The translations under genes were made by a program, and so were the position numbers. The notes under the pieces were generated by a model that saw only the letters and a list, made by a program, of their open reading frames with translations, was not told the DNA's origin and did no database searches. A DNA stretch of 63,874 nt, counting the filler, from Craspedostauros australis (Eukaryota): NCBI GenBank assembly GCA_030167865.1. It is 6 parts of 6 records of this genome, joined end to end, with 100 filler letters (N's around TTAATTAATTAA, not from the genome) between each part and the next. Parts side by side here need not be neighbours in the genome. Positions count along the whole stretch, not along the records: positions 1 to 20,514 come from JALAGF010006636.1; positions 20,615 to 25,460 come from JALAGF010006641.1; 4 more parts are not named here. One strand, 5' to 3'. This document shows, piece by piece, positions 10,543 through 20,668 of this stretch; the first letter of the stretch is position 1; each line of letters begins with the position of its first letter.

Positions 10543-11009
10543 CACAGTTGTCTCTGTACTCCCAGAGAGGGAGATTCGTGCGCACAACACTGTTTCCGTT
10601 TGAGTGAAGCGTGCATGCGCGTGTGGGAGGGGTAGAGACATACGTACAGTACACTGAGTTGTGCTTTGTATTGTTTTACTATCTATTCTTCGTTGTATTT
10701 AGTCCTCTACTAGCATTATGTAGGGGTGTTCCATCGGTTCCCGCTCGTTCTATGCGCTGCCTGCTGGGTCGTTTGCCGATTCCACCAATCTATGGGTGCG
10801 GCGCGTATCTGTATTTGTGTTTCGGTGGGATGCACATCGCGTAGTGCGCTGTGCTCTATCTCTCCACTGTCGTAAATCTGGCTGTCACGTTTCAGCCATC
10901 CATCTCAATGTGTGCGAAGCATGGGTTCATGTAACCCACGTTCTCCGCATGTATTTGTACTTCTGCATGCTCTATTTGTTTGCCCTTCCCCGCGAATCTC
11001 ACACACAAG

Positions 11010-14000
11010 TTACGATTTGGAGCTCAGTTTCTTCCGAGCATCGTTGATCCGAAGCTGCAGCTTGGTCTCGAGCCGTTGCTGGCATACCAAGCGCGCATCC
11101 AAGCCTGCGTTGTAGATTGCGGCCGGACTGACCCCGGAGCGTCTCAAGATGCCAAATCGCTGCTGAGCGCTGAATGACCTCACCGTGCGTGGCACAGGAC
11201 TGCCAGGAATGTGGGACGTGTTGGCTGGAACCGAAGTGGGAGTGCTGAGGACGCTCTTCGTATGCTTCCATCCTTCCCATTGCTGGACATTAACGTGGAC
11301 GCTGTGGTCAGCTTTCCAATCGATGGTCAGCGGCGGGCCCTCGAGGACTGGTTCGGCTCCGAGGATCATGGGATGCCTGTGAACGGTGACGGTGGAGAAG
11401 CGCACTTGCCTGCGCCGCGCCGACTTGTGGGTGGTCACCGTGTCGATGCTTACATCGTTTTTTACGCTCTCTGCAGCGTGGACGTTGCCCGCAGTGGCGC
11501 TGCTGCTGTTGCTGCTGGCAGTCGTGATGGTGGTGATGCTGATGCTGCCATCGTCGTCGACTGTCTTGAGGTTGCGCATGCTCTTGCTTTGCTGTTTGGG
11601 CTTCTTCGGTAGTGTCTTCTTGTTGGTGGTGGCTGTAATGTTGCCATCGTCTTCGACGGTCTTGAGATCCTCCAAGCTCTTGCTCCGCCTTTTGGGCTTT
11701 GCAGATACAGGCCTCTTCTTTTTGTTGCCGTTGCCGATGGTAGTGACAACAGTAGCCATGTTGCCATCGTCTTGGAGGGTCTTGTGGTCCTCCAAGCTCT
11801 TGCTCCGCTTTTTGGGTTTCTTCGATACTGGCCTCTTCTTGTTGTTGCTGGTATTGGCGGTCGCGGCGATGATGCCATCGTCTTGGACGGTCTTGTGGTC
11901 CTGCAAGCTCTTGCTCCGTTTGTTGGGTTTCTTCGATACTGGCCTCTTCTTCTTGTTGCTGTTGTTGTTGTTGGTCGCGGTGGTCGTGGTGATGTTGCCA
12001 TCGTCTTGGACGGTCTTGAGGTTGCGCAAGCTCTTGCCCCGGTTTTTTAGCTTGGTCCATACTGACCTCTTCTTCTTGTTGCTGTTGTTGTTGGTCGCGG
12101 CGGTCGTGGTGATGTTGCCATCGGCTTCGACGGTCTTGAGGTTGCGCATGCTTTTGCTCCGTTTTTTGGGTTTCTTCGAGATGGGTCTCTTCTTGTTGTG
12201 GCTTTCGTTGGCGGTGATAGTTGTGATCCCGGTATCATCTTTGACGGTCTTGAGGTTGCGCATGCTCTTGCTTCGCTTCTTCGATACTACCTTTTTGTTG
12301 GTGCTGTCGGTGGCAGTAGTAGTGGTGGCGTTGTTCTCTGCTCGTACAGTCTTCTTTGCTTTGCTGTTGCTGGCATTGGCAGGACCATCGACAGCTTTGG
12401 CTCCGTTTTCAGCGTCGTTCTTTGGAGGAGCCTTCTTCTTTGTCTTCGCCTTGTTGCCTTTGCCCAGCAACTTGCCCTGGCTCTTCTCCTTCTTCAGGTT
12501 CTTGCTTTTGCTCTTGCGCTTAGCCTTCTTCCGTGGCTTCGTGGGCTTTGGTTCCTCGCTCTTGACCTCGTTGCATTCGACATTTGCGGTGGTAATGATG
12601 TTGTCGACGAGAGTGCTTTCGACGGTCGCTGGTTCATCGGTCGCGCTTTCGACGAGAGGAGCTTCGGCAGTAATGTTATCATCGGTGGTCTTTTCGACGG
12701 CAGTGCTTTCGACGATGGTCGCCTCGACAGTCTCGATCTCGATGGCAGTGGTTGCAACGGTAGCCCTTTCGATGACAGCGCGATCGACGCTAGGAATGCC
12801 ATATGTGGTGATCTCAACGGCGGTGTTTGCAACGCTCGCACTACCGACCGTAATGCTTCCAACTGCAGTTGGTTCATCAGTGGTGCTCTCGACGATAGAG
12901 GCCTCGACGGAAGTGTTTTCATTGGTAGCCTCTTCGTCGGTAGTATCTTTATCGGTGGTTTTCTTGACGATGGTGGCCTCGACGGTAGTGCATGGAACGG
13001 TAAGACATTCGACGGTACGGCTATCATTGATAGTGTCTTCGAGAATAGTGCTTGCAACCGTAGCATGTTCATCGGTGGCGTTTTGGGCGGAAGCCGTTGT
13101 ATCAGTAACGCTTCCGACTTTGGCGCTTCCGACCTTGGTGCTTTCAACCACAGTTGATTCATCGGGGGTGCTTTCATTCGCAGTGCTTGCGCTGATAGCG
13201 CGATCAACGCTCGTGACGTCATCAGTGGTTCTCTCAATGGTAGTCTTTTCATTGAGGGCGCTTGCGACTGCAGTGTCATCGAGGGTGGCGCTCTCGACGG
13301 GCGTGCTTTTCACGAGAGTATCTTCATCGGCATCACTTCCGACCGCAGTTGATTCATCCGTAGAATCGTCGACGATAGCTGCCTCGACAGAAGTGCTTTC
13401 GACGGAAGTGCTGTCATGCGCAGTGCTCTCATCGGCAGTTGATCCGTCTGTAGTATCTTCGGCAGCAGTGCCTTCGACTGTAGTTGGTTCATCGGGGGCG
13501 TTCCTGATGGTAGTAGTTTCGCCACTGATGATGTGCGTAACGGTCGTGTTTTCGCTCGTGAAGTTTGCAACGGGAATATTTTTACCGGTGATGTCCGTAA
13601 CGGCAATATCTTCATTAGTGGCGCGTTCATCGGCAGTGCTTGCAACGGCAGTGCATTCGACATCAGAGATTGGGATGTCGCTACCGACGATGGTCAACTC
13701 GACGGGAGAATCTTCATCGGTAGTCTTTGCAACGGTGGCGCTTTCGAAGGGCATGCTTTCGCTGACGGTGATTTCGCTGATGGTGCTATCGACGGAACTG
13801 GTGTCATCGATGATGTTTGCAACAGTGGTGTGTTCATCGGTGGCGTGTTCGACCGTTATGCTTTCCGCCGATTTGCTTTCCACCGATATGCTTTCATCGC
13901 TCACGCTTTCGACCGGAGTGATATCGATGATAGTGCTATTAACGTTGGCGATTGCGTCGCTCGTGCTTTCAGCGGCAGTTGGTGCATCCTCATTCGACAT

Positions 14001-14213
14001 GACATCGGCTGGGCGGATTGGATCTTCCACAGGCAGACACGCATCATGCATGTCATCCTCAGACTCGATGTCAGAATCCATATCCGATTTATCGAAGGAC
14101 GTGCTGAGCATGCAGGTGATATCCGATGATGGAGCGTGCAACACCTCGCATTCGACAGGTGGATCCAACCCCACTTGGGAGCAGCGACGGCCGGGAGGAT
14201 CGCAAAGCGTCAT
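11010..14213 (-). CDS. VxF/CSRNP-N-like module protein, paralog 4, with an acidic T/S/E/V-rich region and seven K-rich repeats
   Basis: Lies within the 1133-aa ORF; likely ATG at 14213 (MTLCDPP). C-terminal module RRQVRFSTVTVHRHPMILGAEP..EGPPLTIDW...FSAQQRFGILRRSGVS...QQRLET. Confidence 0.82.
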   Translation of the reverse strand: MTLCDPPGRRCSQVGLDPPVECEVLHAPSSDITCMLSTSFDKSDMDSDIESEDDMHDACLPVEDPIRPADVMSNEDAPTAAESTSDAIANVNSTIIDITPVESVSDESISVESKSAESITVEHATDEHTTVANIIDDTSSVDSTISEITVSESMPFESATVAKTTDEDSPVELTIVGSDIPISDVECTAVASTADERATNEDIAVTDITGKNIPVANFTSENTTVTHIISGETTTIRNAPDEPTTVEGTAAEDTTDGSTADESTAHDSTSVESTSVEAAIVDDSTDESTAVGSDADEDTLVKSTPVESATLDDTAVASALNEKTTIERTTDDVTSVDRAISASTANESTPDESTVVESTKVGSAKVGSVTDTTASAQNATDEHATVASTILEDTINDSRTVECLTVPCTTVEATIVKKTTDKDTTDEEATNENTSVEASIVESTTDEPTAVGSITVGSASVANTAVEITTYGIPSVDRAVIERATVATTAIEIETVEATIVESTAVEKTTDDNITAEAPLVESATDEPATVESTLVDNIITTANVECNEVKSEEPKPTKPRKKAKRKSKSKNLKKEKSQGKLLGKGNKAKTKKKAPPKNDAENGAKAVDGPANASNSKAKKTVRAENNATTTTATDSTNKKVVSKKRSKSMRNLKTVKDDTGITTITANESHNKKRPISKKPKKRSKSMRNLKTVEADGNITTTAATNNNSNKKKRSVWTKLKNRGKSLRNLKTVQDDGNITTTTATNNNNSNKKKRPVSKKPNKRSKSLQDHKTVQDDGIIAATANTSNNKKRPVSKKPKKRSKSLEDHKTLQDDGNMATVVTTIGNGNKKKRPVSAKPKRRSKSLEDLKTVEDDGNITATTNKKTLPKKPKQQSKSMRNLKTVDDDGSISITTITTASSNSSSATAGNVHAAESVKNDVSIDTVTTHKSARRRQVRFSTVTVHRHPMILGAEPVLEGPPLTIDWKADHSVHVNVQQWEGWKHTKSVLSTPTSVPANTSHIPGSPVPRTVRSFSAQQRFGILRRSGVSPAAIYNAGLDARLVCQQRLETKLQLRINDARKKLSSKS
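11535..12285 (-). repeat. Coding tandem repeat, 7 units of ~32-41 aa (KKRSKS[ML]xxLKTVxDDGNI...KKRPVSKKP)
   Basis: Units are visible in both the protein and the DNA (recurrent gttgccatcgtct...cggtcttg...ctcttgctcc). Confidence 0.9.
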
Positions 14214-16314
14214 CGTCGTCCGTCGTTGATGCGGATTGGATGGGGTCGATTGATGCAGTATGGATGTGAATTGTCTGTGTTTGTTTGGTTTATGTGGCTG
14301 GAACGTCCATGCAGGGACGGCGCTTGTTGTGCGAGGTGCAGTAAACGGCGTGACAGCCCAGGATGTTGGCAAGTACCATGAGTGCGAGTATGTTCCTGTG
14401 CAGGTGTGCAACTGTTGCTGAATGGTAGAAGTCCGAGTTTGTCAATTGACCGTTGCCAGTGGTGTGGTCATCGCTGTTTTCGCTGGAAGCCACAGACCGT
14501 GAAGAGACGCGAATGTAGTTCGTTTGCCCCAACGCGACATGTGAGGGTTAGGGATGGAGGCAACGCGATGCACCGTAAATGGCCTCGTTTGCTCTACCTT
14601 CTGCACGCTCGATAAATGCAACAATCTTCGCCTGGGAGTAGAATTGTCACTGTGAGTGAAAACGTTACAAACTCCTCAGAAGCGCGAGGAATTGAGACAG
14701 TCACACATGACTGTGCTGTGGAACGCCAAAAGGTGTGCGACTGAGAGTTCGTCATCATTGAGTCGGTGGGGTGTTTCTGTCCCATCGACATCTGTCGCGA
14801 CCATGCGAAAACAGCACAGAGAACAACAGGTCAGCAGTTGTCACACTGCACACCATAAGCACGAGGAAGTATCATTGTGCGAAAAGATCCGCAACGAGAT
14901 TGGGTTTGGTCTGTTCATTCTGCAATGACCTCTTCGCACCTCCGAAGTACTATCGAGCGATGCGCACGAGTAGACAATTTGCACCGTCACATCGCGAATC
15001 AGGTTCGAATTGTGGATAGGCAGAGTTCACTGGTCGTTGCTGTGTTGTTGGCAGTTGCGAGATTCAAATGATAGTCAGGTGCTGATTGAGTGCACATTCG
15101 CGACGTGATGTTGACTCATGGTGGACTTTGCGCATGCTGTTACCTTGTTCATAGCGCAAAGCCGTTAGCATCCCTTTCAAAACGTCATTCCCCGGATCTT
15201 TCCAAAAACACCTGCGAGCATTGCACTTACGGCCATGCTGCACTTCGAATTCCTCTTTGAATGTTGACAAGCGCCAACGAACGTCATCCAATGCATACGA
15301 GCTACATACCAACCACTATACGAAGCGAGCGGTTGCAACGTAGCAATGATGCCGTTAATCACATACACTGGCTCCGAGTATAGCATTGAGGAACATGTGA
15401 ATACTGCTTACAGTATCCATGGCCAGAAACTATTGCAAGATGCTTTTCAAAAGGAAGATAGAGAATGATCCTCTGGTCTTCTCGACTCAATTTTGGATCG
15501 TGTTGGTCGATTATTGCGGTCGGCGTTGTTCGCATCTCCACGTTCGTCGTCGACTTTGTGGTGACTCGGCGAAGCGTTGTTGGCTCCTGTGACGTGGTTG
15601 CCAAATTGTGACGGCCAACTTGACCGAAAGTGTGACAGCGTCCTTGCTGTGTCATCACAGACGTCTCATGAGACACTAAGGCACAAATATCGATTCTTAC
15701 GGCTTCATCTTTACGATCACATCCAACGGAAATACGAACAATTACATAACTGTTTCCGACTATTGGTGAAAGAGAATTAGTCCCAGACAATTGTCTCCAT
15801 AAGTGTGAAACTGCCTGTGACGCCGTCTATGCCTTTTTAGTCTATCCCGTGACGATTGTGAAGGATGCGATCGCACGATTTATCGTCACACTGTTGTGCC
15901 TTGGGTACACACCAAAGAAGCCCAGCACACTTCGCGAGAAGGCCTTGCTACCGTTGTTGTTGCTGCTGCGTTTGATCACAAATTTGCGTGTGGCGATGCT
16001 TCGTCTCCAGCCTCATGCCGCAAAAGAAGCAACATTTTCACGGAAGAGCGTTTCTTTCTGATCCGATTACACGATCACAAACCCATTCGTGCCAGCCTTT
16101 CCGATGTTGTGGTCGCCGCAAGAGCGACAGATGGAGCCATTGCACGATCAGATGCACCAGTCCGCAGTTGGACAGCAGCGATTCCACAAAGCAAAGCAAC
16201 CACATGGATACCACCACACTCACAGAGAACTGAAGCCATCCGACGATCTCCTTCACAGCGTCGTCATAAACAGCAGACGCAACTCTCGACCAACCCAAAC
16301 AAACGGAACGAAAG

Positions 16315-17133
16315 ATGCTGGAATCCATCGCATCCAAGTTCATGATGAATCCTATCATCTCCCCGCGGGCCAAGCGCTTCAGCTTCGGCAAGCCCGAGAG
16401 ACAGTCGTCGAGTGACACCGCGTCGACCGCTTCGCTGCGCAAGTCGCCATCGTCGCTGTCTCTGTCGTCGATGGAATCGAAGAACAAACGCAGGACGGTG
16501 CGATTCTCCGATGCCTGCATCTACGAGTTCCCCACGATTCCTGGTGGCAACACCGTGGCCAGCATCTCGGGTCCTCCCATCGCCTTGGGGTATCTCACGA
16601 ACGATGATGACAGCAACGCCAGTCTACCACAGTCGCCGACGACGACATCCTCATCGCCCGCTTCGCCACCATCATCCAGACCCACAAGAGTCATGATCGT
16701 GGCCGTCTCCGACATGGAGCGCTATCAGAGACTGCATTCGAGATATCGCTACCGACCTCTGTCGGACCGCCGGCGACGCGATCTGCTGGCCAACAATGGA
16801 CACAGCGAGAAGGATATTCAGAAGGCCGTGACGCAGGCCACCTTCGTCAAGCAGCAGCGATTGGAGACGCGGCTGTTGGATAAGTTGGCGACGTTGATGC
16901 AGGGCAATGGTGCGCAGCAACAATCGACGGCACCAGCGAAGAAGACGATGGATGACGCAACATCCACGCTTTCCGCATCCTCCTCCAAACAGACACAGCA
17001 ACCTGCAGTCGCCGATGGCGTTTCATTGGACTGCAGCAACCTCAATCTGGCATTGTCCGCCGTCAAGATTCCACGGTGGGACAAGCAGGCCTTCGCTACG
17101 GCCTGTCCTCGATCCGCGCTGGTCATCTCTTGA
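16315..17133 (+). CDS. VxF/CSRNP-N-like module protein, paralog 5 (divergent orientation)
   Basis: 272-aa ORF. Module RRTVRFSDACIYEFPTIPG...SGPPIALGY...VSDMERY...PLSDRRRRDLLANNGHS...QQRLETRLLD. Confidence 0.82.
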   Translation: MLESIASKFMMNPIISPRAKRFSFGKPERQSSSDTASTASLRKSPSSLSLSSMESKNKRRTVRFSDACIYEFPTIPGGNTVASISGPPIALGYLTNDDDSNASLPQSPTTTSSSPASPPSSRPTRVMIVAVSDMERYQRLHSRYRYRPLSDRRRRDLLANNGHSEKDIQKAVTQATFVKQQRLETRLLDKLATLMQGNGAQQQSTAPAKKTMDDATSTLSASSSKQTQQPAVADGVSLDCSNLNLALSAVKIPRWDKQAFATACPRSALVIS

Positions 17134-18324
17134 AGAGACGACGGTGGCACTCCCTGAGACAAGTATACTGTTCATAAAGTGATTCTTCGTGCATTGCACC
17201 GCAACGCAAAGCCATTCATCCATCCATCCTCCATGCGAGGGTGATTCTACAAGTGCGCAACTCGTGATGCGACCAACAGGAGTGTTCACAACACACCATA
17301 CATACAAACGATTCCGACCAACGATCATTGGATCCACAATTTAAACGCATACTATACTATTCTACACAATAAAGGTACGTTACATTTCACACAATCACTG
17401 ACTCTCTCTCTCCATTACAGTCCATGATTCTGCAAACGGTGATCGGTTCGTTGTCTCAGATCCATCACGAGATGTGAATTAGATCTGTTCGTCCCTTGGT
17501 TGAATTGACGCAGCATCACGATGATGTAGGATGCATTCGTTCAAGGAAGCGCCATCGGCGATGACTGGATGGATGAAAGAAGGAATCTCCAGCTTCGATT
17601 TGTCCTCAGCTCAAGAGCTGCATGAAGGAATGTGTTGGTGGCGATTTCGATTGATCCAAGATGCCATGCAAGGTATTTCTGGAATCACCTCATCTGCGTG
17701 ACAGACCAACATTCCGAAACGATCGACATCACGCCTCGACCACCAGGACTTTCCTCACCCCAAATGCATGCTGGATGGGACCGTCCATTTCCATCCATCA
17801 TGTTGCGAAGGTGAGCACATCTGCACCCCCAATCTCTGCTCGTGGGTGGTGAAAGAAAAGTGGGGTGGATCAACCACGATCTTTGCATGTTTTCGTCTTG
17901 CACCGCATGGTGTGTGCCTGTGGTCTTGATTTGGTTTCCTGTTGTGATTCTGTTTCTGATTTGTGAGCGACTTCAACCAGGCTGACAGAATGCCGAATTC
18001 CAAGAGTGCAGACGTCGAGAATGTGGTTACCCTGGAGAGTACCTGTACGACTTTCGAGAGTGAGTGAGTGAGTGAGCATCATACCAATCAAATGCGTGTT
18101 CACTATTCTCTGGCATCGATTGGTGCGCTGTTCCCATGCGGGAAGCCATCTGCGCTCAACGACATCACCGTACTGTTGCAGGACGACTTTGTGTCAACCC
18201 GTGTCCAACCACAACAACAGGCACAACAACAGCCCGAACCAGTGAAAACAACTCTCTGTCCCTCTTTGTGGACGTAATGACATTTCCTGACGGCGCATGT
18301 TTAAACGAGTTTGTGAACATCGAC

Positions 18325-18605
18325 CAGGAACACCCAACATTTTGTCCGATTTTCACTTTTCTAGCTCGTGACCTAATTTACCGGGACTTAATACACAGCG
18401 TTGAGACAGAACAGTGAATCGCCTGAAATCCTGAAAATCATAGATAGGGTTACGCTATTGCTCTTCAATTGTCGTTGGTCCAGGCACGGAGAGACCGGAC
18501 AAAACCGGAGAAACTAGGTCGGACCGGACAGACCGGACAAAATGACCGGACAAACCGGACAGACCGGACAAAACGACCGGACAGACCGGACAAACCGGAC
18601 AAAAC
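18325..18605. mobile_element. DNA-transposon terminus, copy 1, with subterminal ACCGGACA array
   Basis: Starts CAGGAACACCCAACATTTTGTCCG, is near-identical to 18751 onward, then becomes an ACCGGACA(A/G) tandem array that runs into a gap. Confidence 0.65.
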
Positions 18606-18750
18606 NNNNNNNNNNNNNNNNNNNNNNNNNNNNNNNNNNNNNNNNNNNNNNNNNNCAGTAGCACCAGTCCCAATGCTGGAGGCATGGACCAAGACGACAG
18701 CCAGATGTTCCCCGTGGTGGACTAGTCGCGCTTCTCTCACTCCTTCTCCA

Positions 18751-19458
18751 CAGGAACACCCAACATTTTGTCCGATTTTCACTTTTCTAGCTCGTGACCT
18801 AATTTACCGGGACTTAATAAACTGCATTGAGACAGAAAAGTGAATCGCCTGAAATCCTGAAAATCGTAGATAGGGTTACGCTATTTCTCTTCAATTGTCG
18901 TTGGTCCAGGCACGGAAGACCGGACAAAAGCGGAGAAACTAGGCCAGACCGGACAAAATGACCGGACAAACCGGACAAAACGACCGGACAGACCGGACAA
19001 ACCGGACAAAATGACCGGACATAACGGACAAAACAAACGAATCAACCGGACAGACCGGACAAAACTCAAGAATTTATCGAACTATTTAACGGACGGTTAA
19101 TCGAATATAACGGACATTTGGATCGTGAAGAAACAGACAAAACTACTTCGCACGGAGTGACGCAAGCCAACCCAAACCACAAGAACAGATGAGTGAAACA
19201 AGACAACAAGCCAGCTTCGCACTGAAGTATGGCATCATGCCAATGCAAATGTCCGGTTCTATTGCATTATGTGTGTTGTTCTTATTACTGTTTTGTGGTA
19301 TGACATCAAATCTCAAAGAGTTCTGCTCCATCATCCCGATGGTATTGCACAATGACACAAATGGCTTCAAACAAATGCTTCTGCTTTTCTGTGCCATGCA
19401 AAAAGTGATCTTCAGCACGCTGAAGAACTCCAGTCTCTCATTGAAGGTCTCATGATGC
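18751..19458 (-). mobile_element. DNA-transposon terminus, copy 2, with ACCGGACA array and the 3' end of the transposase
   Basis: Same terminus as 18325, with an array at ~18919-19062. 19227-19458 duplicates the transposase 3' end found at 19593-19824, with a few substitutions. Confidence 0.7.
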
Positions 19459-19592
19459 NNNNNNNNNNNNNNNNNNNNNNNNNNNNNNNNNNNNNNNNNN
19501 NNNNNNNNGATTGGTATGCTTAGTTTGGTTGTAATCGAAGAAAAAGTGCCACTCTACTTTACAAACGGTTGGTCGACTCACTCACATGGCTC

Positions 19593-20500
19593 GTATGGCA
19601 TCATGCCAATGCAAATGTCCAGTTCTATTGCATTATGTGTGTTGTTCTTATTACTGTTTTGTGGTATGACATCAAATCTCAAAGAGTTCTGCTCCATCAT
19701 CCTGATGGTATTGCACAATGACACAAATGGCTTCAAACACATGCTTCTGCTTTTCTGTGCCATGCAAAAAGTGATCTNCAGCACGCTGAAGAACTCCAGT
19801 CTCTCATTGAAGGTCTCATGATGCAACCGTGCTCTGCTCTTGAAGTTTTCAAGTTCTGGCCCATCGAACTCATTTGGTGTTCACATCATATTCTTTTTCA
19901 TACGACTCGTCCTGTGCCCACGATCAGCAATGATGACTTTCCCACCTGTGATCTGATGCAACAATCCTTCACAACAAATAGTCAAGTCATGTTTACCTCA
20001 TTGGTGGAGCAGTCATGTTTACCTCATTGGTGGAGCCCGTGGATCCAAACACACTTTAAGTGGTACACAGTGATTGCGATCTCGTATTTGAGAGCACCGT
20101 GGTTGAACTTCTTCGAGCCCCATGCCAGATCTGTGTTGAGTGTTGAGTGTTTCTGCTCCCATACATGAAAATATGTGCTGTCAACTGTGGCAATGAAAGC
20201 TGTTCCCTCTTGATCATTCAATGAGCTTGGCCAAACAGTCATGTCAGCTTTCATTGCTGCAATCATTTTGATCCAGCACCATAGATGATTCCATATTGCA
20301 TACTATCAAAATATCCCATATGCTGCATCAAGGATGTTGGCATTCTTTGGATTGGTCCATAGAAAGCATAGAACTGCAAGGAACATTCAGAAGCCTCTTC
20401 CAGTGTTGTCATATTGTGATATCTTTGCTACGGAAGTAGTCGTTGTGTGCATGTCATCCCAAATACCTGAAATAGTTTCCGGCCAAGATGCATAGTGAGA
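19593..20500 (-). pseudogene. Degenerate DDE transposase (PIF/Harbinger-ISL2EU, DDE_Tnp_4-like)
   Basis: Fragments FIATVDSTYFHVWE, SKKFNHGALKYEIAI..CVWIHG, KVIIADRGH and RARLHHETFNERLEFF follow the D-D-E motif order of this family. In-frame stops and a 26-bp tandem duplication (19985-20036) break the frame. Confidence 0.8.
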
Positions 20501-20558
20501 TCGGAACATGGTATNNNNNNNNNNNNNNNNNNNNNNNNNNNNNNNNNNNNNNNNNNNN

Positions 20559-20570
20559 TTAATTAATTAA
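20559..20570. other. Artificial contig-joining linker
   Basis: TTAATTAATTAA (stops in all six frames) flanked by N runs. Confidence 0.97.
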
Positions 20571-20668
20571 NNNNNNNNNNNNNNNNNNNNNNNNNNNNNN
20601 NNNNNNNNNNNNNNCCAAACGCTCCTCCAAAACCGACTTTTCTCAATGGATTCCTGAAAAAGATCCAA

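Noticed and set aside
11386..14229. 947-aa hydrophobic plus-strand ORF
   Set aside because: Antisense shadow of the repetitive paralog 4; the family module is on the minus strand.
15064..15790. Two minus-strand ORF fragments with protein-like stretches
   Set aside because: Different frames, no family motif and no clear splice sites.
18490..19062. ACCGGACA array as a CRISPR array or telomere
   Set aside because: No unique spacers and units only 9-13 bp; eukaryotic context next to a transposase indicates subterminal repeats.
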